Positions 15,717 through 24,529 are shown, counted from the first letter of the stretch. The stretch: 64,000 nt of DNA from Azospirillum sp. 51_20 (GCA_001917175.1 MNTV01000020.1:114810-178809), one strand, 5' to 3'. Made by a program: numbers and translations. The notes: generated by a model not told the origin, from the letters alone.

Positions 15717-16682
15717 TCAGCGGCTCAGAGAATCTTTCACCATCTTCTGCTGCGCGGCGGACAAGGAAACGGAATTGTTCCTGCCGGACTTTTCAAAGTT
15801 CTCCTTCTCGTATTTCCGGGTAAAGTCCTGAGCATGCTCATACATGCCCTTGATCTTGTTGTCCAGCATCTTTTCATCCGCCTTTTCGCCGGTTTTCGCG
15901 TATTTTTCCGCAAGTTTGTGAATACGCCCGCTTTCCTGCGCCAGCTTCAGCATTTTGCGATAGCTCTTCATCGCCTTTCCGGCGGCCTTTCTGGCCGACT
16001 TGTCGACGTTTTTGACGTCGCGGTTGATTTTGGCCCGGACAATCGGATCGTTCTGATCTTCCCGGCCGTAATTTGCCAGCACGCTTTCCATGCCGGAAGT
16101 CGTCTGCACCACCCCGTCCAGCGCCGGCAGCATTTCTTCTCCCAGCAGTTTGGACATTTCCACTTCCGTCGCGCCGACCGCCAGATCAAGCTTGGTTTCA
16201 TAATCCAGCTCCTGCTTGCCGTAGCCGGCATCCTCGCATTCTCCGAGCAGGTCGTTGCAAATGTCGTAATGTTCATCATCACAGGTTTTTCTGGCATCCT
16301 CATAATCATAGGGAACGTCTTCTTCCTCTCCGACCCTGATCTCCGGCGCCGGCGGTTCGGCGGCCGGAATGTTGATCCCCGCCGGCCGGTCGTCAACAAC
16401 CGGAGCGGGAGCCTCGGGCATGCTCTGCGGCGTCGCGCCCAGCCCCGGCCATTCGGCCGTCGGCGTATTGTCAGGCGCCGGCTGCGGAGCATTTTGCGTC
16501 ACCGGCTCGACTTTGCGGTCAAAATCCGGCTGCGCCATTACCTTGCCGTTGCCCAGTTCCATCACCACCGCCGCCGCACCCACCGCCAACACGCCGCGCA
16601 GCGCGTTGAGCTGTGCCCGAACCTGCTTTATTCTCTGCTGTTCCTCAAGAGAACGTTTGCTTTTTTTCTCAGCCATTTTCAT
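15717..16682 (-). CDS. Hypothetical membrane-anchored protein with Pro-rich linker and helical C-terminal domain
   Basis: 321-aa ORF. N-terminal LRGVLAVGAAAVVMELG hydrophobic segment, PQPAPDNTPTAEWP linker. No recognised domain. Confidence 0.6.
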   Translation of the reverse strand: MKMAEKKSKRSLEEQQRIKQVRAQLNALRGVLAVGAAAVVMELGNGKVMAQPDFDRKVEPVTQNAPQPAPDNTPTAEWPGLGATPQSMPEAPAPVVDDRPAGINIPAAEPPAPEIRVGEEEDVPYDYEDARKTCDDEHYDICNDLLGECEDAGYGKQELDYETKLDLAVGATEVEMSKLLGEEMLPALDGVVQTTSGMESVLANYGREDQNDPIVRAKINRDVKNVDKSARKAAGKAMKSYRKMLKLAQESGRIHKLAEKYAKTGEKADEKMLDNKIKGMYEHAQDFTRKYEKENFEKSGRNNSVSLSAAQQKMVKDSLSR

Positions 16683-16720
16683 ACCCCAAACTTTTTTTAT
16701 TGCAAATTATACCATATGGT

Positions 16721-17257
16721 TCAGCGAATTGCCACAAATTCTTTGACATGCCCGTCGGGATCGCACCACATGGTCAGAAATTCGTCGGCAATCACCAGCC
16801 GTACCTGGTCGTAATAGGGATCATAAAGCAAAATCCGGTGTTCTTCGGTGTCTTCCGGATCGCGGACGGCAAAATAACCGAGCACGACGACCCAATGGGC
16901 GTAATTGTACATGCATTCCGCCATTATGTAATACTTTTCCGCCAGCAGTTTTGCCAGAAGCGGCAGCCCGATCTCCTCCGGCCGAAAGTTCTTGTGCGTT
17001 TTGACGGTTCTGGCCGGCGACAGCATTCCCTTGGCCAGAAATTCGTCCGTATAATGAGGCCCGGGCACAAGACCGAACTTTTCGATAAATTCGTTTTCGG
17101 AAGGAACCTCCGCGGTCCGCCCCGACAACAGGGTGCGGATGCAGGCAACGCTGCAGGTCCAATCCCGTTCCTGACGAAAAAGGCGCGGCGGCGTATTGGA
17201 CACGGAAACGAACGCCGACGGTTCCTCGTAAGTAAAATATTCTTTCATGCGCTTCAT
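16721..17257 (-). CDS. C39-like (papain-fold) cysteine peptidase domain protein
   Basis: Candidate Cys/His/Asp triad in conserved order: RDWTCSVACIRTLL, YAHWVVVLGY, LLYDPYY. Confidence 0.5.
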   Translation of the reverse strand: MKRMKEYFTYEEPSAFVSVSNTPPRLFRQERDWTCSVACIRTLLSGRTAEVPSENEFIEKFGLVPGPHYTDEFLAKGMLSPARTVKTHKNFRPEEIGLPLLAKLLAEKYYIMAECMYNYAHWVVVLGYFAVRDPEDTEEHRILLYDPYYDQVRLVIADEFLTMWCDPDGHVKEFVAIR

Positions 17258-17347
17258 TGTTCAAACCTCTGACTTTGTTAAAACGCTGTCAGCTTAGCAG
17301 AAAAAAAAGACAAACGAAAGTTTTTTTTGACAAAAAAGGAAGAAAGC

Positions 17348-17533
17348 TCAGGACGGCTTATGGCAGGCGGCGCGCAGCCTGGCCTGCCGCTTGCGGTATT
17401 CGCTGAAAATATAAAGATTGCGGGCAATGGCAATGCCGCGGAGAACCAGCCGGCGCTCGTCGTCGTGGATCGTTTCTTCCAGATACCGGAAATACTCCTC
17501 CAGCTCCTGAACATTATTGAATGTAACCGACAT
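17348..17533 (-). CDS. Small hypothetical protein (61 aa)
   Basis: MSVTFNNVQELEEYFRYLEETIHDDERRLVLRGIAIARNLYIFSEYRKRQ... The ATG at 17533 follows GGAGA. The longer track ORF N-terminus looks non-coding. Confidence 0.4.
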   Translation of the reverse strand: MSVTFNNVQELEEYFRYLEETIHDDERRLVLRGIAIARNLYIFSEYRKRQARLRAACHKPS

Positions 17534-17742
17534 TGTCTTTCTCCGTAACCGTTCCATTAATACATACCATAGCACGAAAAACGACCGCCGGTTGTTATAG
17601 TTTTGTGACAAAAAAGCCGGAAAGGGGAAACGCCGCCGGCAAAAATAAAACGCCCCCCTGTTCACTTTGCAATTGCACATTATTATTATTTGGTTTAGTT
17701 ATGGAAAACAATATCAACTTTATCTGACAGGAAAATTTTACA

Positions 17743-18681
17743 ATGGCAAAAATCACTTGGAAACCGGGAACGATGGAATATCCTCTGCCGCCGGTTATGG
17801 TCAGCTGCGGGAGCATGGAAAAACCCAACGTCATGACCGCCGCCTGGACCGGCATCGTCAGCAGCGACCCGGCAATGACTTATGTTTCGATCCGCCCTTC
17901 CCGCTACTCGCACGAGCTGATTAAGGAAAGCGGCGAATTCGTGATCAACCTGACCACCCTGCCGCTGGTGACCGCCGCCGACTTCTGCGGCGTCAAATCC
18001 GGCCGCGACACCGACAAATTCAAGGAAATGAATCTGACGCCCGGCGCCTGCTCGCAGGTTTCCTGCCCGCAGATTATGGAAAGCCCGGTTTCAATCGAGT
18101 GCAAAGTGGTCAGCGTCACCAACTACGGCAGTCACGACATGTTCCTGGCGGAAATTGTCGCCGTCAACGTCGACGACAAATATCTTGACCAGGACGGCAA
18201 ACTGTGGCTGGAAAAAGCCGGACTGATCGCCTATTCGCACAATTACTACTACACCCTCGGCCGCAACGTCGGCTTTTTCGGCTTCTCCGTCTGCCGCAGC
18301 GCGCTCAAAGCCCGCGAAAAGATGAAAAACGTGGTGGTTGAGGTCAAAGAACCGAAAATTGCCAAAACGGAAAAGGACAGCAAATTCACCCGCAAAAAAT
18401 GGACCCCGAAACCGGAAAACCCCCGCGGACGGGAAGGAAAGTTCAACGGCCGAGAGAAGTTCGAGCGCTCCCGCAGAATGCGTTTCGACGACAATGAAAA
18501 CCCGGCCGGAACCCCGCGCAAACCGGGCAGAAAATTCGGTTTTGACAAAAACTCCGCCCCGCGCAAAAAATTCGACGACAGATTCGAAAACGGCAGTTCG
18601 GAACGGCAAACGGGAACCGGCAGACACGAAGGCGGCTTCAACCGCCGGCCGCGTCATCCGATGAACAAACCGCGCGGTTAA
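17743..18681 (+). CDS. Flavin reductase-like domain fused to a ~120-aa Lys/Arg/Gly-rich tail
   Basis: N-terminal ~190 aa (PLPPVMVSCGSMEKPNVMTAAWTGIVSSDPAMTYVSIRPSRYSHELIKESGEFVINL) is flavin reductase-like. The C-terminus is KFTRKKWTPKPENPRGREGKFNGREKFERSRRMRF...RRPRHPMNKPRG. Confidence 0.75.
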   Translation: MAKITWKPGTMEYPLPPVMVSCGSMEKPNVMTAAWTGIVSSDPAMTYVSIRPSRYSHELIKESGEFVINLTTLPLVTAADFCGVKSGRDTDKFKEMNLTPGACSQVSCPQIMESPVSIECKVVSVTNYGSHDMFLAEIVAVNVDDKYLDQDGKLWLEKAGLIAYSHNYYYTLGRNVGFFGFSVCRSALKAREKMKNVVVEVKEPKIAKTEKDSKFTRKKWTPKPENPRGREGKFNGREKFERSRRMRFDDNENPAGTPRKPGRKFGFDKNSAPRKKFDDRFENGSSERQTGTGRHEGGFNRRPRHPMNKPRG

Positions 18682-18711
18682 TCTGTTCTGAAAACAAGCG
18701 TCAAGACAAAA

Positions 18712-18739
18712 GGCACCGAAGCTCAACCGGTGCCTTTTT
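18712..18739 (+). terminator. Rho-independent terminator
   Basis: GGCACCG-N9-CGGTGCC followed by T5. Confidence 0.6.
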
Positions 18740-18754
18740 ATATGCCGCTTTTGA

Positions 18755-18934
18755 CCGCTGCACGCGGCTGAAAACCCGTCGGCAGTTCAACCTCCGGCAA
18801 CCGTCAGACGACACCGGCGGCAACTTTTCCCCTTCGGCAATTTTCCGCTGCACGCGGCCGAAAACCCGCTGACAGTTCTACTTCCGGCAACCGTCAGACA
18901 ACACCGGCGGCAACTTTTCCCCTTCGGCAATTCT
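18755..18934. repeat. Tandem direct repeat, 2 x 90 bp
   Basis: CCGCTGCACGCGGCTGAAAACCCG...CAACTTTTCCCCTTCGGCAATT occurs at 18755 and again at 18845 with a few substitutions. Confidence 0.8.
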
Positions 18935-19201
18935 CCGCCGGTCATTTCCGCCGCCGTTTTTCACGGTACCGTTCCCGATGCGCCCGCTTCTCTCAATCAG
19001 TTCGATTTTGAGCTCTTTGCCGTAAAACTCAAGCAGATGACGGTAGTATTCCCATTTGCGTACGCTGCCTATCTCCATGTTGTCAATCACGTACCAGGGA
19101 ATCCCGGTCTTGGTTGCCACCGTTTTTAATTGCAGAAAACGGTCACAACGGTATTTGTGCAGCTCTTGTCCGATTATTTTTTTGATTTTGTTGTTAAACA
19201 T
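18878..19201 (-). CDS. Small XRE-type HTH protein; C-terminal ~19 codons lie in the tandem repeat
   Basis: MFNNKIKKIIGQELHKYRCDRFLQLKTVATKTGIPWYVIDNMEIGSVRKWEYY... AAGGGAG RBS upstream of the ATG at 19201. Confidence 0.5.
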   Translation of the reverse strand: MFNNKIKKIIGQELHKYRCDRFLQLKTVATKTGIPWYVIDNMEIGSVRKWEYYRHLLEFYGKELKIELIERSGRIGNGTVKNGGGNDRRRIAEGEKLPPVLSDGCRK

Positions 19202-19231
19202 AGTTTGAAACTCCCTTGATTTTGTTTATGG

Positions 19232-19460
19232 TAAAAACAAAACCGCCCGGGAAAAACCCTTAGGCGGAAGGAGCTCAAAAACTGTCAGTACACAGTCGCC
19301 GTTATTCGGTATATTACCGGCACTCCTTCCGAAGAAGGATAGTTTATACTGAAGATGTTTTTGAGACACCGCACCCGGCCTCCCGGATGCAGGGCTGATA
19401 TTAAAGAAAACGTCGCCCGTTGGCAAGAGCTTTCTTTTAATCAACATTCCCCTTTGTTTT
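19232..19460 (-). ncRNA. Structured RNA element, copy 1 (leader of 18878-19201?)
   Basis: The reverse strand has a ~75-nt core shared with copy 2, a UUCG-capped hairpin TCCTTC-TTCG-GAAGGA, and long-range CTCAAAAAC/GTTTTTGAG and GGAAGGAG/CTCCTTCC pairings. Terminator CCGCC...GGCGG + TTTTGTTTTT lies at 19267-19232. Confidence 0.4.
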
Positions 19461-19477
19461 GCTTATTTACCTTTGGT

Positions 19478-19830
19478 TAAAACAAAACTCACCTTGATAA
19501 ATTTAAGGTGACGGGCTTGCTAAGCAAAAACAACCGCCGCTCCGGTCGTTTTTGTCTGCAAAATCTTTGCAACATCTTAATGAGCAAGGAAAGCATAAGC
19601 GACCGCGGCGAATTCAGATGCCTAAGTGAAGAGAACTGATCAACGAACAGTCCGGGTTATTCGCGCCTGCGGCCTTATATCCCCGGCTCCCTCTTTACAG
19701 GAGTCGTTCTTTTTTCTGTGAAAGGGGCCGTCACACTCCGCCCCCGGCCTCCCGGATGCAAAACTGATATTACAGAAACTGCCGCCCGTTGGCTGGCGGA
19801 AAATCAGTCTGCCCCTTTCGCACGGAAGAA
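19478..19830 (-). ncRNA. Structured RNA element, copy 2
   Basis: On the reverse strand, closing helix GAAAGGGGC(19728-19720)/GCCCCTTTC(19819-19811) encloses the shared core. Terminator TCACCTT-N9-AAGGTGA + GTTTTGTTTT lies at 19511-19478. No RBS-supported ORF. Confidence 0.4.
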
Positions 19831-19913
19831 AAAACGCTTTCCGGAGACGTAAAATCCGAGATCCGCAAAACACGGATCCCGGACATCACAAACGTTTTCC
19901 CGCGCTTTCTCGT

Positions 19914-21143
19914 CTACAGCAGCTTTAACGGCTGGGAAGGATCACGTTCCTGTTTTTTTACCGTGGCCGGGGGTTGCTTTTTCGGCGCCCGGTAGCCCAT
20001 TTTCTTGTCAATGTAACCGCCCAGTCCGCGGCCGAAAGTCTGACGGATGTACTGTGTCATTTCGCTGGGCTTTTCCTTGAAGGTTTCCGCCGCCGCCTGC
20101 GCCTGCAGCACTTCCTCGATTTTCAGGATTTTTTCCAAAGCGTCGCGTTTTTCCGCCGCGCCTTCGATACCGTATACCGAAGCGATGTTAAACCAGATGT
20201 ACGCCTGATATTCGTTCTTCTGATAAGAGGTTCCCGCCGCCAGAATGTTGCCGAGATCCATCATTGCCTGAACGTTTCCCTGATGGGCGGCTTGGGTCAG
20301 ATATTTGACCGCGTTACCGTAGTTGCGGGGCGTACCTTCCGCATTGATGTAACGCTGCGCCAGTTCATACTGGGCTTCATCATAAGACACGGCAGCCTGT
20401 TTGATCAGGTCAAAGGCCTTTTTAAAATCCTTGGCCACCACAAAACCGCGGTAATAGGAATAGCCCATCATATATTGTGCGGTGATGTTGCCGCCTTCCG
20501 CCGCCTGCTGCAACAGTTCGACGATTCGGTTGTTGGAAACGCCGCTCGACGGCGAAGTCAGATAAATGAAAGCAAGGTTGATCGCCGCTTCCTTGTTGCC
20601 GAGTTTGGCCGCCTTGTCAAACATCTCAACCGCCTTGTTGACGTTCTTTTCGGTGCCGATGCCGCTGTAATAAAGGCTGCCGAGGTTATTGACCGCAATC
20701 ATGTCCTCCTGGGAAGCCGCCATCGAATAATAGCGGAAAGCCTTTTCCTCGTCGCGGGTCACGCCGTTTTCGCCGTAAAGATACATGTAACCGAGAGTCA
20801 GACAGGCGTCAACGTCGCCTTCTTCCGCCAGACGGGTCATCCGGTCGAGGAAGTTTTCCTGGGGCTCATCAGGTTTGCGGGCAAATTCCTCCACTTTCTT
20901 TTTGTTTTTAAGGAACGAGAAATTCAGAAACGAAAACATTCCTTCGTCGTCCACTTTCACTTTTTCCTCTTCCTTTTTGTTTTCCGGCTCAACCCGGCGT
21001 TCGGGTTTGTCGGACACGGAAACCTTTTCTTCCTTTTTGGGCTCCTCCCCGAACAAATCAATCAGCGACATGTCGTCGTCGGCCGCCCGGGCAGCAAAGG
21101 AAACAAGCATCGCACAGGCGAAAAGCGCAAACATTTTCGGCAT
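19914..21143 (-). CDS. Exported Sel1-repeat (TPR-like) protein
   Basis: Signal-like MPKMFALFACAMLVSFAARA. Multiple Sel1 repeats (GYMYLYGENGVTRDEEKAFRYYSMAA, NNLGSLYYSGIGTEKNVNKAVEMFDKAA ...). Start uncertain (21143/21134/21185). Confidence 0.75.
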   Translation of the reverse strand: MPKMFALFACAMLVSFAARAADDDMSLIDLFGEEPKKEEKVSVSDKPERRVEPENKKEEEKVKVDDEGMFSFLNFSFLKNKKKVEEFARKPDEPQENFLDRMTRLAEEGDVDACLTLGYMYLYGENGVTRDEEKAFRYYSMAASQEDMIAVNNLGSLYYSGIGTEKNVNKAVEMFDKAAKLGNKEAAINLAFIYLTSPSSGVSNNRIVELLQQAAEGGNITAQYMMGYSYYRGFVVAKDFKKAFDLIKQAAVSYDEAQYELAQRYINAEGTPRNYGNAVKYLTQAAHQGNVQAMMDLGNILAAGTSYQKNEYQAYIWFNIASVYGIEGAAEKRDALEKILKIEEVLQAQAAAETFKEKPSEMTQYIRQTFGRGLGGYIDKKMGYRAPKKQPPATVKKQERDPSQPLKLL

Positions 21144-21364
21144 TTTAAAAATCCCATCGTTAAACCAGACATTTTGTCTTATCATATACGAAAATTCCGC
21201 ATGTTCAAACTTTTTTACCGTCTTTTCTGCCGATTTTTGCCTTTCGGAACAAAGAAACGACAGCCGGCAGCACGGCCGTCTTAAGATTTTTGTTTATTTT
21301 TGCCGCCGCCGCGCTTATAATGCGCGCGGAATTTTTTATGTAAAAAGACAAAAGGATCAAGACC

Positions 21365-23185
21365 ATGCCGGCATTTGAAGCGCCCGTTTATACCTTAAAA
21401 GGCATCAAAATCCGCTTCGGCAGCAAACAGCTGTTTGAAGACGTGGAACTCTACATCAACCGCGGCGACAAAATTTCGCTGGTCGGACGCAACGGTTCCG
21501 GCAAATCGACGCTGTTAAAGATCATTGCCGGCATCATCGAACCCGACGACGGCGAAATTTTCATCCAGCCCAACGTCAAAATCGGCTACATGCCGCAGGA
21601 CGCCGACTTAAGCGGTTTTAAGACCCTGCGCGAAGCGGTTGCCGCCGGACTTGACAAACACGACGGCAGCGAAGACTACAAAACCGACATGTGGATCGAA
21701 CAGCTGGAAATTGCCGCCGACGCCGACCCCGCCACCGCTTCCGGCGGTGAACGGCGCAAAGCGACGCTGGCCAGGGCACTGATCGAAGAACCGGACATTC
21801 TGCTTTTGGACGAACCAACCAACCACCTCGACATGCCGACCATCGAAAAACTGGAAAAAATCATCGGCGGTTACGGCGGCGCCGTCGTCGTCATCAGCCA
21901 CGACCGGCGTTTTCTCACCAACATTTCGCGCACCACCTTCTGGCTCGACCGCGGAACCCTGCGCCGCAACAACAAAGGTTTCGGCAGCTTTGAAGAATGG
22001 CAGGACCAGGTGATCGAACAGGAAATCATCGCCCAAAAACATCTCAACAAAAAAATCGCCGAAGAAACCGAGTGGCTGCACAAAGGCGTCACCGCACGGC
22101 GCAAACGCAACATGGGACGCCTGCGGCGTCTGATTCAGCTTCGCCAGGAACGCAAAGAACAGGTCCGCCAGATCGGCTCGGTAAACATGGATATCGAAAA
22201 TACGCCGTGGCGCTCCAAACTGGTGATTGAGGCCAAACATTTATGCAAGTCATTCGGCGACAGAACCATCGTCAACGACTTTTCGACCAAAATCATCCGC
22301 GGCAACAGAATCGGCATCGTCGGCCCTAACGGCGCCGGCAAAACCACTCTAATTAAACTGCTGACCAAAAAGCTGGCGCCCGATTCCGGCTTTGTCAGAA
22401 TCGGCAAAAACCTGGAAGAAGCCTATTTTGATCAGAACCGTTTTATCCTTGACCCGGGCAAAACCTTATGGCAGACGCTCTGCGACCAGGGCGACCACAT
22501 CTGGGTGCGCGGCAGCTGGCGACACGTGGTGGCTTATCTGAAAGACTTTCTGTTTACGCCGGAGCAGGCCAAATCGCCGGTAGCCGCCCTGTCCGGCGGT
22601 GAAAAAAACCGGCTGATGCTGGCCAAGGTACTGGCGCAGCCGTCAAACTTTCTGCTTTTGGACGAACCGACCAACGACCTCGACATGGATACCCTCGACC
22701 TCTTGCAGGAAACGCTCGGCGATTATGACGGAACCATCATGATCGTCAGCCATGACCGCGATTTTCTTGACAAAATCGTCACTTCCGTCATCTATATGAA
22801 AGGCGACGGCAAAGTTGAGGAACACGTCGGCAGCTACAGCGACCTGATTGAACATCTGAGCCGAAGGGAGCCGCCGGCAATGCCGAACAAAAACAAACCG
22901 GCCGCCGCCAAAAACAACGGCGGACAAAAACGGGAACCCGCGCGCGGCAAACTCAGCTATAACCAGCAGCGGCTGCTTGCCGTCCTGCCGGAACAGATCG
23001 CGCAAACGGAAAAGGAAATCGAACAAATCCGCGCCGACCTGAGCGATCCGGAACTTTACCAAAACGACGCAGACCGTTTTCTTACCCTTACCGACCGGCT
23101 GGAAGAACTGGAACAAAAAAAGGAAGCGGACGAAAACCAATGGCTGGAAATTTCAATGCTGGCGGAAGAATTGTCCGCCGGCTGA
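21365..23185 (+). CDS. ABC-F family ATPase (Uup-like, two ABC domains + C-terminal coiled coil)
   Basis: Two Walker A motifs (GRNGSGKST, GPNGAGKTT), two signature motifs (ASGGERRKA, LSGGEKNRL), no TM domain. Confidence 0.9.
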   Translation: MPAFEAPVYTLKGIKIRFGSKQLFEDVELYINRGDKISLVGRNGSGKSTLLKIIAGIIEPDDGEIFIQPNVKIGYMPQDADLSGFKTLREAVAAGLDKHDGSEDYKTDMWIEQLEIAADADPATASGGERRKATLARALIEEPDILLLDEPTNHLDMPTIEKLEKIIGGYGGAVVVISHDRRFLTNISRTTFWLDRGTLRRNNKGFGSFEEWQDQVIEQEIIAQKHLNKKIAEETEWLHKGVTARRKRNMGRLRRLIQLRQERKEQVRQIGSVNMDIENTPWRSKLVIEAKHLCKSFGDRTIVNDFSTKIIRGNRIGIVGPNGAGKTTLIKLLTKKLAPDSGFVRIGKNLEEAYFDQNRFILDPGKTLWQTLCDQGDHIWVRGSWRHVVAYLKDFLFTPEQAKSPVAALSGGEKNRLMLAKVLAQPSNFLLLDEPTNDLDMDTLDLLQETLGDYDGTIMIVSHDRDFLDKIVTSVIYMKGDGKVEEHVGSYSDLIEHLSRREPPAMPNKNKPAAAKNNGGQKREPARGKLSYNQQRLLAVLPEQIAQTEKEIEQIRADLSDPELYQNDADRFLTLTDRLEELEQKKEADENQWLEISMLAEELSAG

Positions 23186-23630
23186 ACAAACGATCCGCAC
23201 TCCCGGCCGGTTATCCGCCAAGCCTTTGAAGCGCTCCAATGAGCAAGAAGGTTTCGGCAACACAGATGTCTGAACGAAGACGGCCGGTTCCGGATCGTCT
23301 GTGCTTATAACCTCATGTTCCCGGCTTTTTCTGATCAGAAGCCGCCTTTTTATGTACTTGAGAAACCATTGCACACCGCACTCGGGCGTCCCCGCATCGC
23401 TAAAAAACGCCTGTTTTCAGCAAACGGCAAATCATTTTGCCCGTCATGCGGAGAACAAACGCTCACAATAAGGTTTGCGAAAACGTTTTCTGATCGTTAC
23501 CCCTGCACCTTTCATCCTTCGTCCGCCGAAAACCGGTATTAACCGGCCGTCCCTGCCCAAATCGGCCGCACGCCACTGGCCATCTCCAAATCCAACCTCC
23601 AAACTCCTGAAACCAACGCCTTCTTAAAAA

Positions 23631-23818
23631 GAATCCCTGCGCCCCTTCGCTCCGCAAAACCCCGAAAACCGCACCCTTCAAAAGAAACCCCGCATCCTCA
23701 CAGCCGCTCCGCAAGAAGTCCCTAGCCCCGTTTTTCAAAAGAGCCCCACATCCGACCGGCAAAAAACCCGCCTTTCAAAAGGAACCCCAAGCTCCCTCGA
23801 CAGGGTCAAAAAGATTCC
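23631..23818. repeat. Degenerate short tandem-like repeats
   Basis: TTCAAAAG-R-A-R-CCCC-type motif recurs about 4-5 times at irregular 33-55 bp spacing. Confidence 0.3.
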
Positions 23819-23905
23819 TTTGGGCTATCCGCAGGTCTTCCGGAAACAAAAAAACGGAAGAACTTTCGCTCTCCCGTTTTTCTTAAAAAATCTCATCCGG
23901 CCGGA

Positions 23906-24412
23906 TTATTCGGCTTTTTTCGATTTTTTTTCGGCCTTTTTCTCTGCTTTGGCTTCTTCTTTTTTAACTTCTTCCTCGGCAGCCTTTTCCGCAGCTTCGG
24001 CAGCGGCCTTTTCAGCGGCTACGCGAGCCAGGTCTTTGGCGCCTTTGGCGTTGACGTCGCGGTCAACCAGTTCGATGATGGCCATCGGAGCGGCGTCGCC
24101 GTAACGGATGCCGGCCTTGAGAACGCGGGTATAACCGCCGTTGCGTTCTTTATAGCGTTCGGCTAAAGTAGAGAACAGTTTGGCAACGACTTCGTTGTCG
24201 CGCAAAAAGGCCAAAGCCATACGACGGCTGTTCAGATCGCCTTTTTTGGCAAACGTAATCATACTGTCGGCAAAAGTTCTCAGTTCTTTTGCCCTGGGCA
24301 GGGTAATCGTAATCTGTTCGTGGGTCAGCAAAGCGTTGGTCAGGTTCGAGAACAAAGCTCTTCTTTGGCTTCTCGGCATGTTGAATTTTCTGTGTTTGTC
24401 ACCATGTCTCAT
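23906..24412 (-). CDS. rplQ: 50S ribosomal protein L17 with Ala/Glu/Lys-rich C-terminal extension
   Basis: [45 protein letters not shown]... is L17. The tail is [37 protein letters not shown]. Confidence 0.9.
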   Translation of the reverse strand: MRHGDKHRKFNMPRSQRRALFSNLTNALLTHEQITITLPRAKELRTFADSMITFAKKGDLNSRRMALAFLRDNEVVAKLFSTLAERYKERNGGYTRVLKAGIRYGDAAPMAIIELVDRDVNAKGAKDLARVAAEKAAAEAAEKAAEEEVKKEEAKAEKKAEKKSKKAE

Positions 24413-24529
24413 GGCAGTTTCCTTTCATTTCTCTGATGCTTTGACAGGCAAAGCGGATAAAACATAAAGCCGTCACTACCTTCATAAATGCCGGCGTTCC
24501 GTGAATTTAAAACTCACAATTTCAAGCGC

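Noticed and set aside
13735-16814. Long plus-strand ORFs 13735-14955 and 15645-16814
   Set aside because: They are Arg/Pro/Gly-rich antisense shadows of the minus-strand antiporter and 15717-16682 genes in GC-rich DNA.
18755-18934. CRISPR array interpretation of the tandem repeats (also 30658-30916 and 23631-23818)
   Set aside because: The units are contiguous with no unique spacers, there are only about 2 copies, the unit lengths are 90-117 bp, and there are no cas genes.
19232-19830. Assignment of the paired RNAs to a known riboswitch class (cobalamin, TPP, SAM, guanidine/ykkC, c-di-GMP, THF, glycine, fluoride, ZTP)
   Set aside because: None of the signature blocks I can recall (B12 box with GCCACTG, CTGAGA...ACCTGATCTGG, ACGR-CGGGA, and so on) is present in the correct arrangement. 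Only vague resemblances exist (CCGGGAGGCC), so I left it unassigned.
19226-19873. Minus-strand ORFs 19226-19447 (73 aa) and 19640-19873 (77 aa)
   Set aside because: No RBS. They span terminators and hairpins, and the shared core shows indels and G-U type compensations rather than codon-level conservation. I interpret the region as structured RNA instead.
19974-21284. 436-aa plus-strand ORF
   Set aside because: It is antisense to the Sel1-repeat gene, whose repeats are clearly recognisable. No RBS and a biased composition.
23820-24104. 94-aa plus-strand ORF
   Set aside because: It is antisense to the Ala/Glu/Lys-rich tail of rplQ, so it is a low-complexity shadow.
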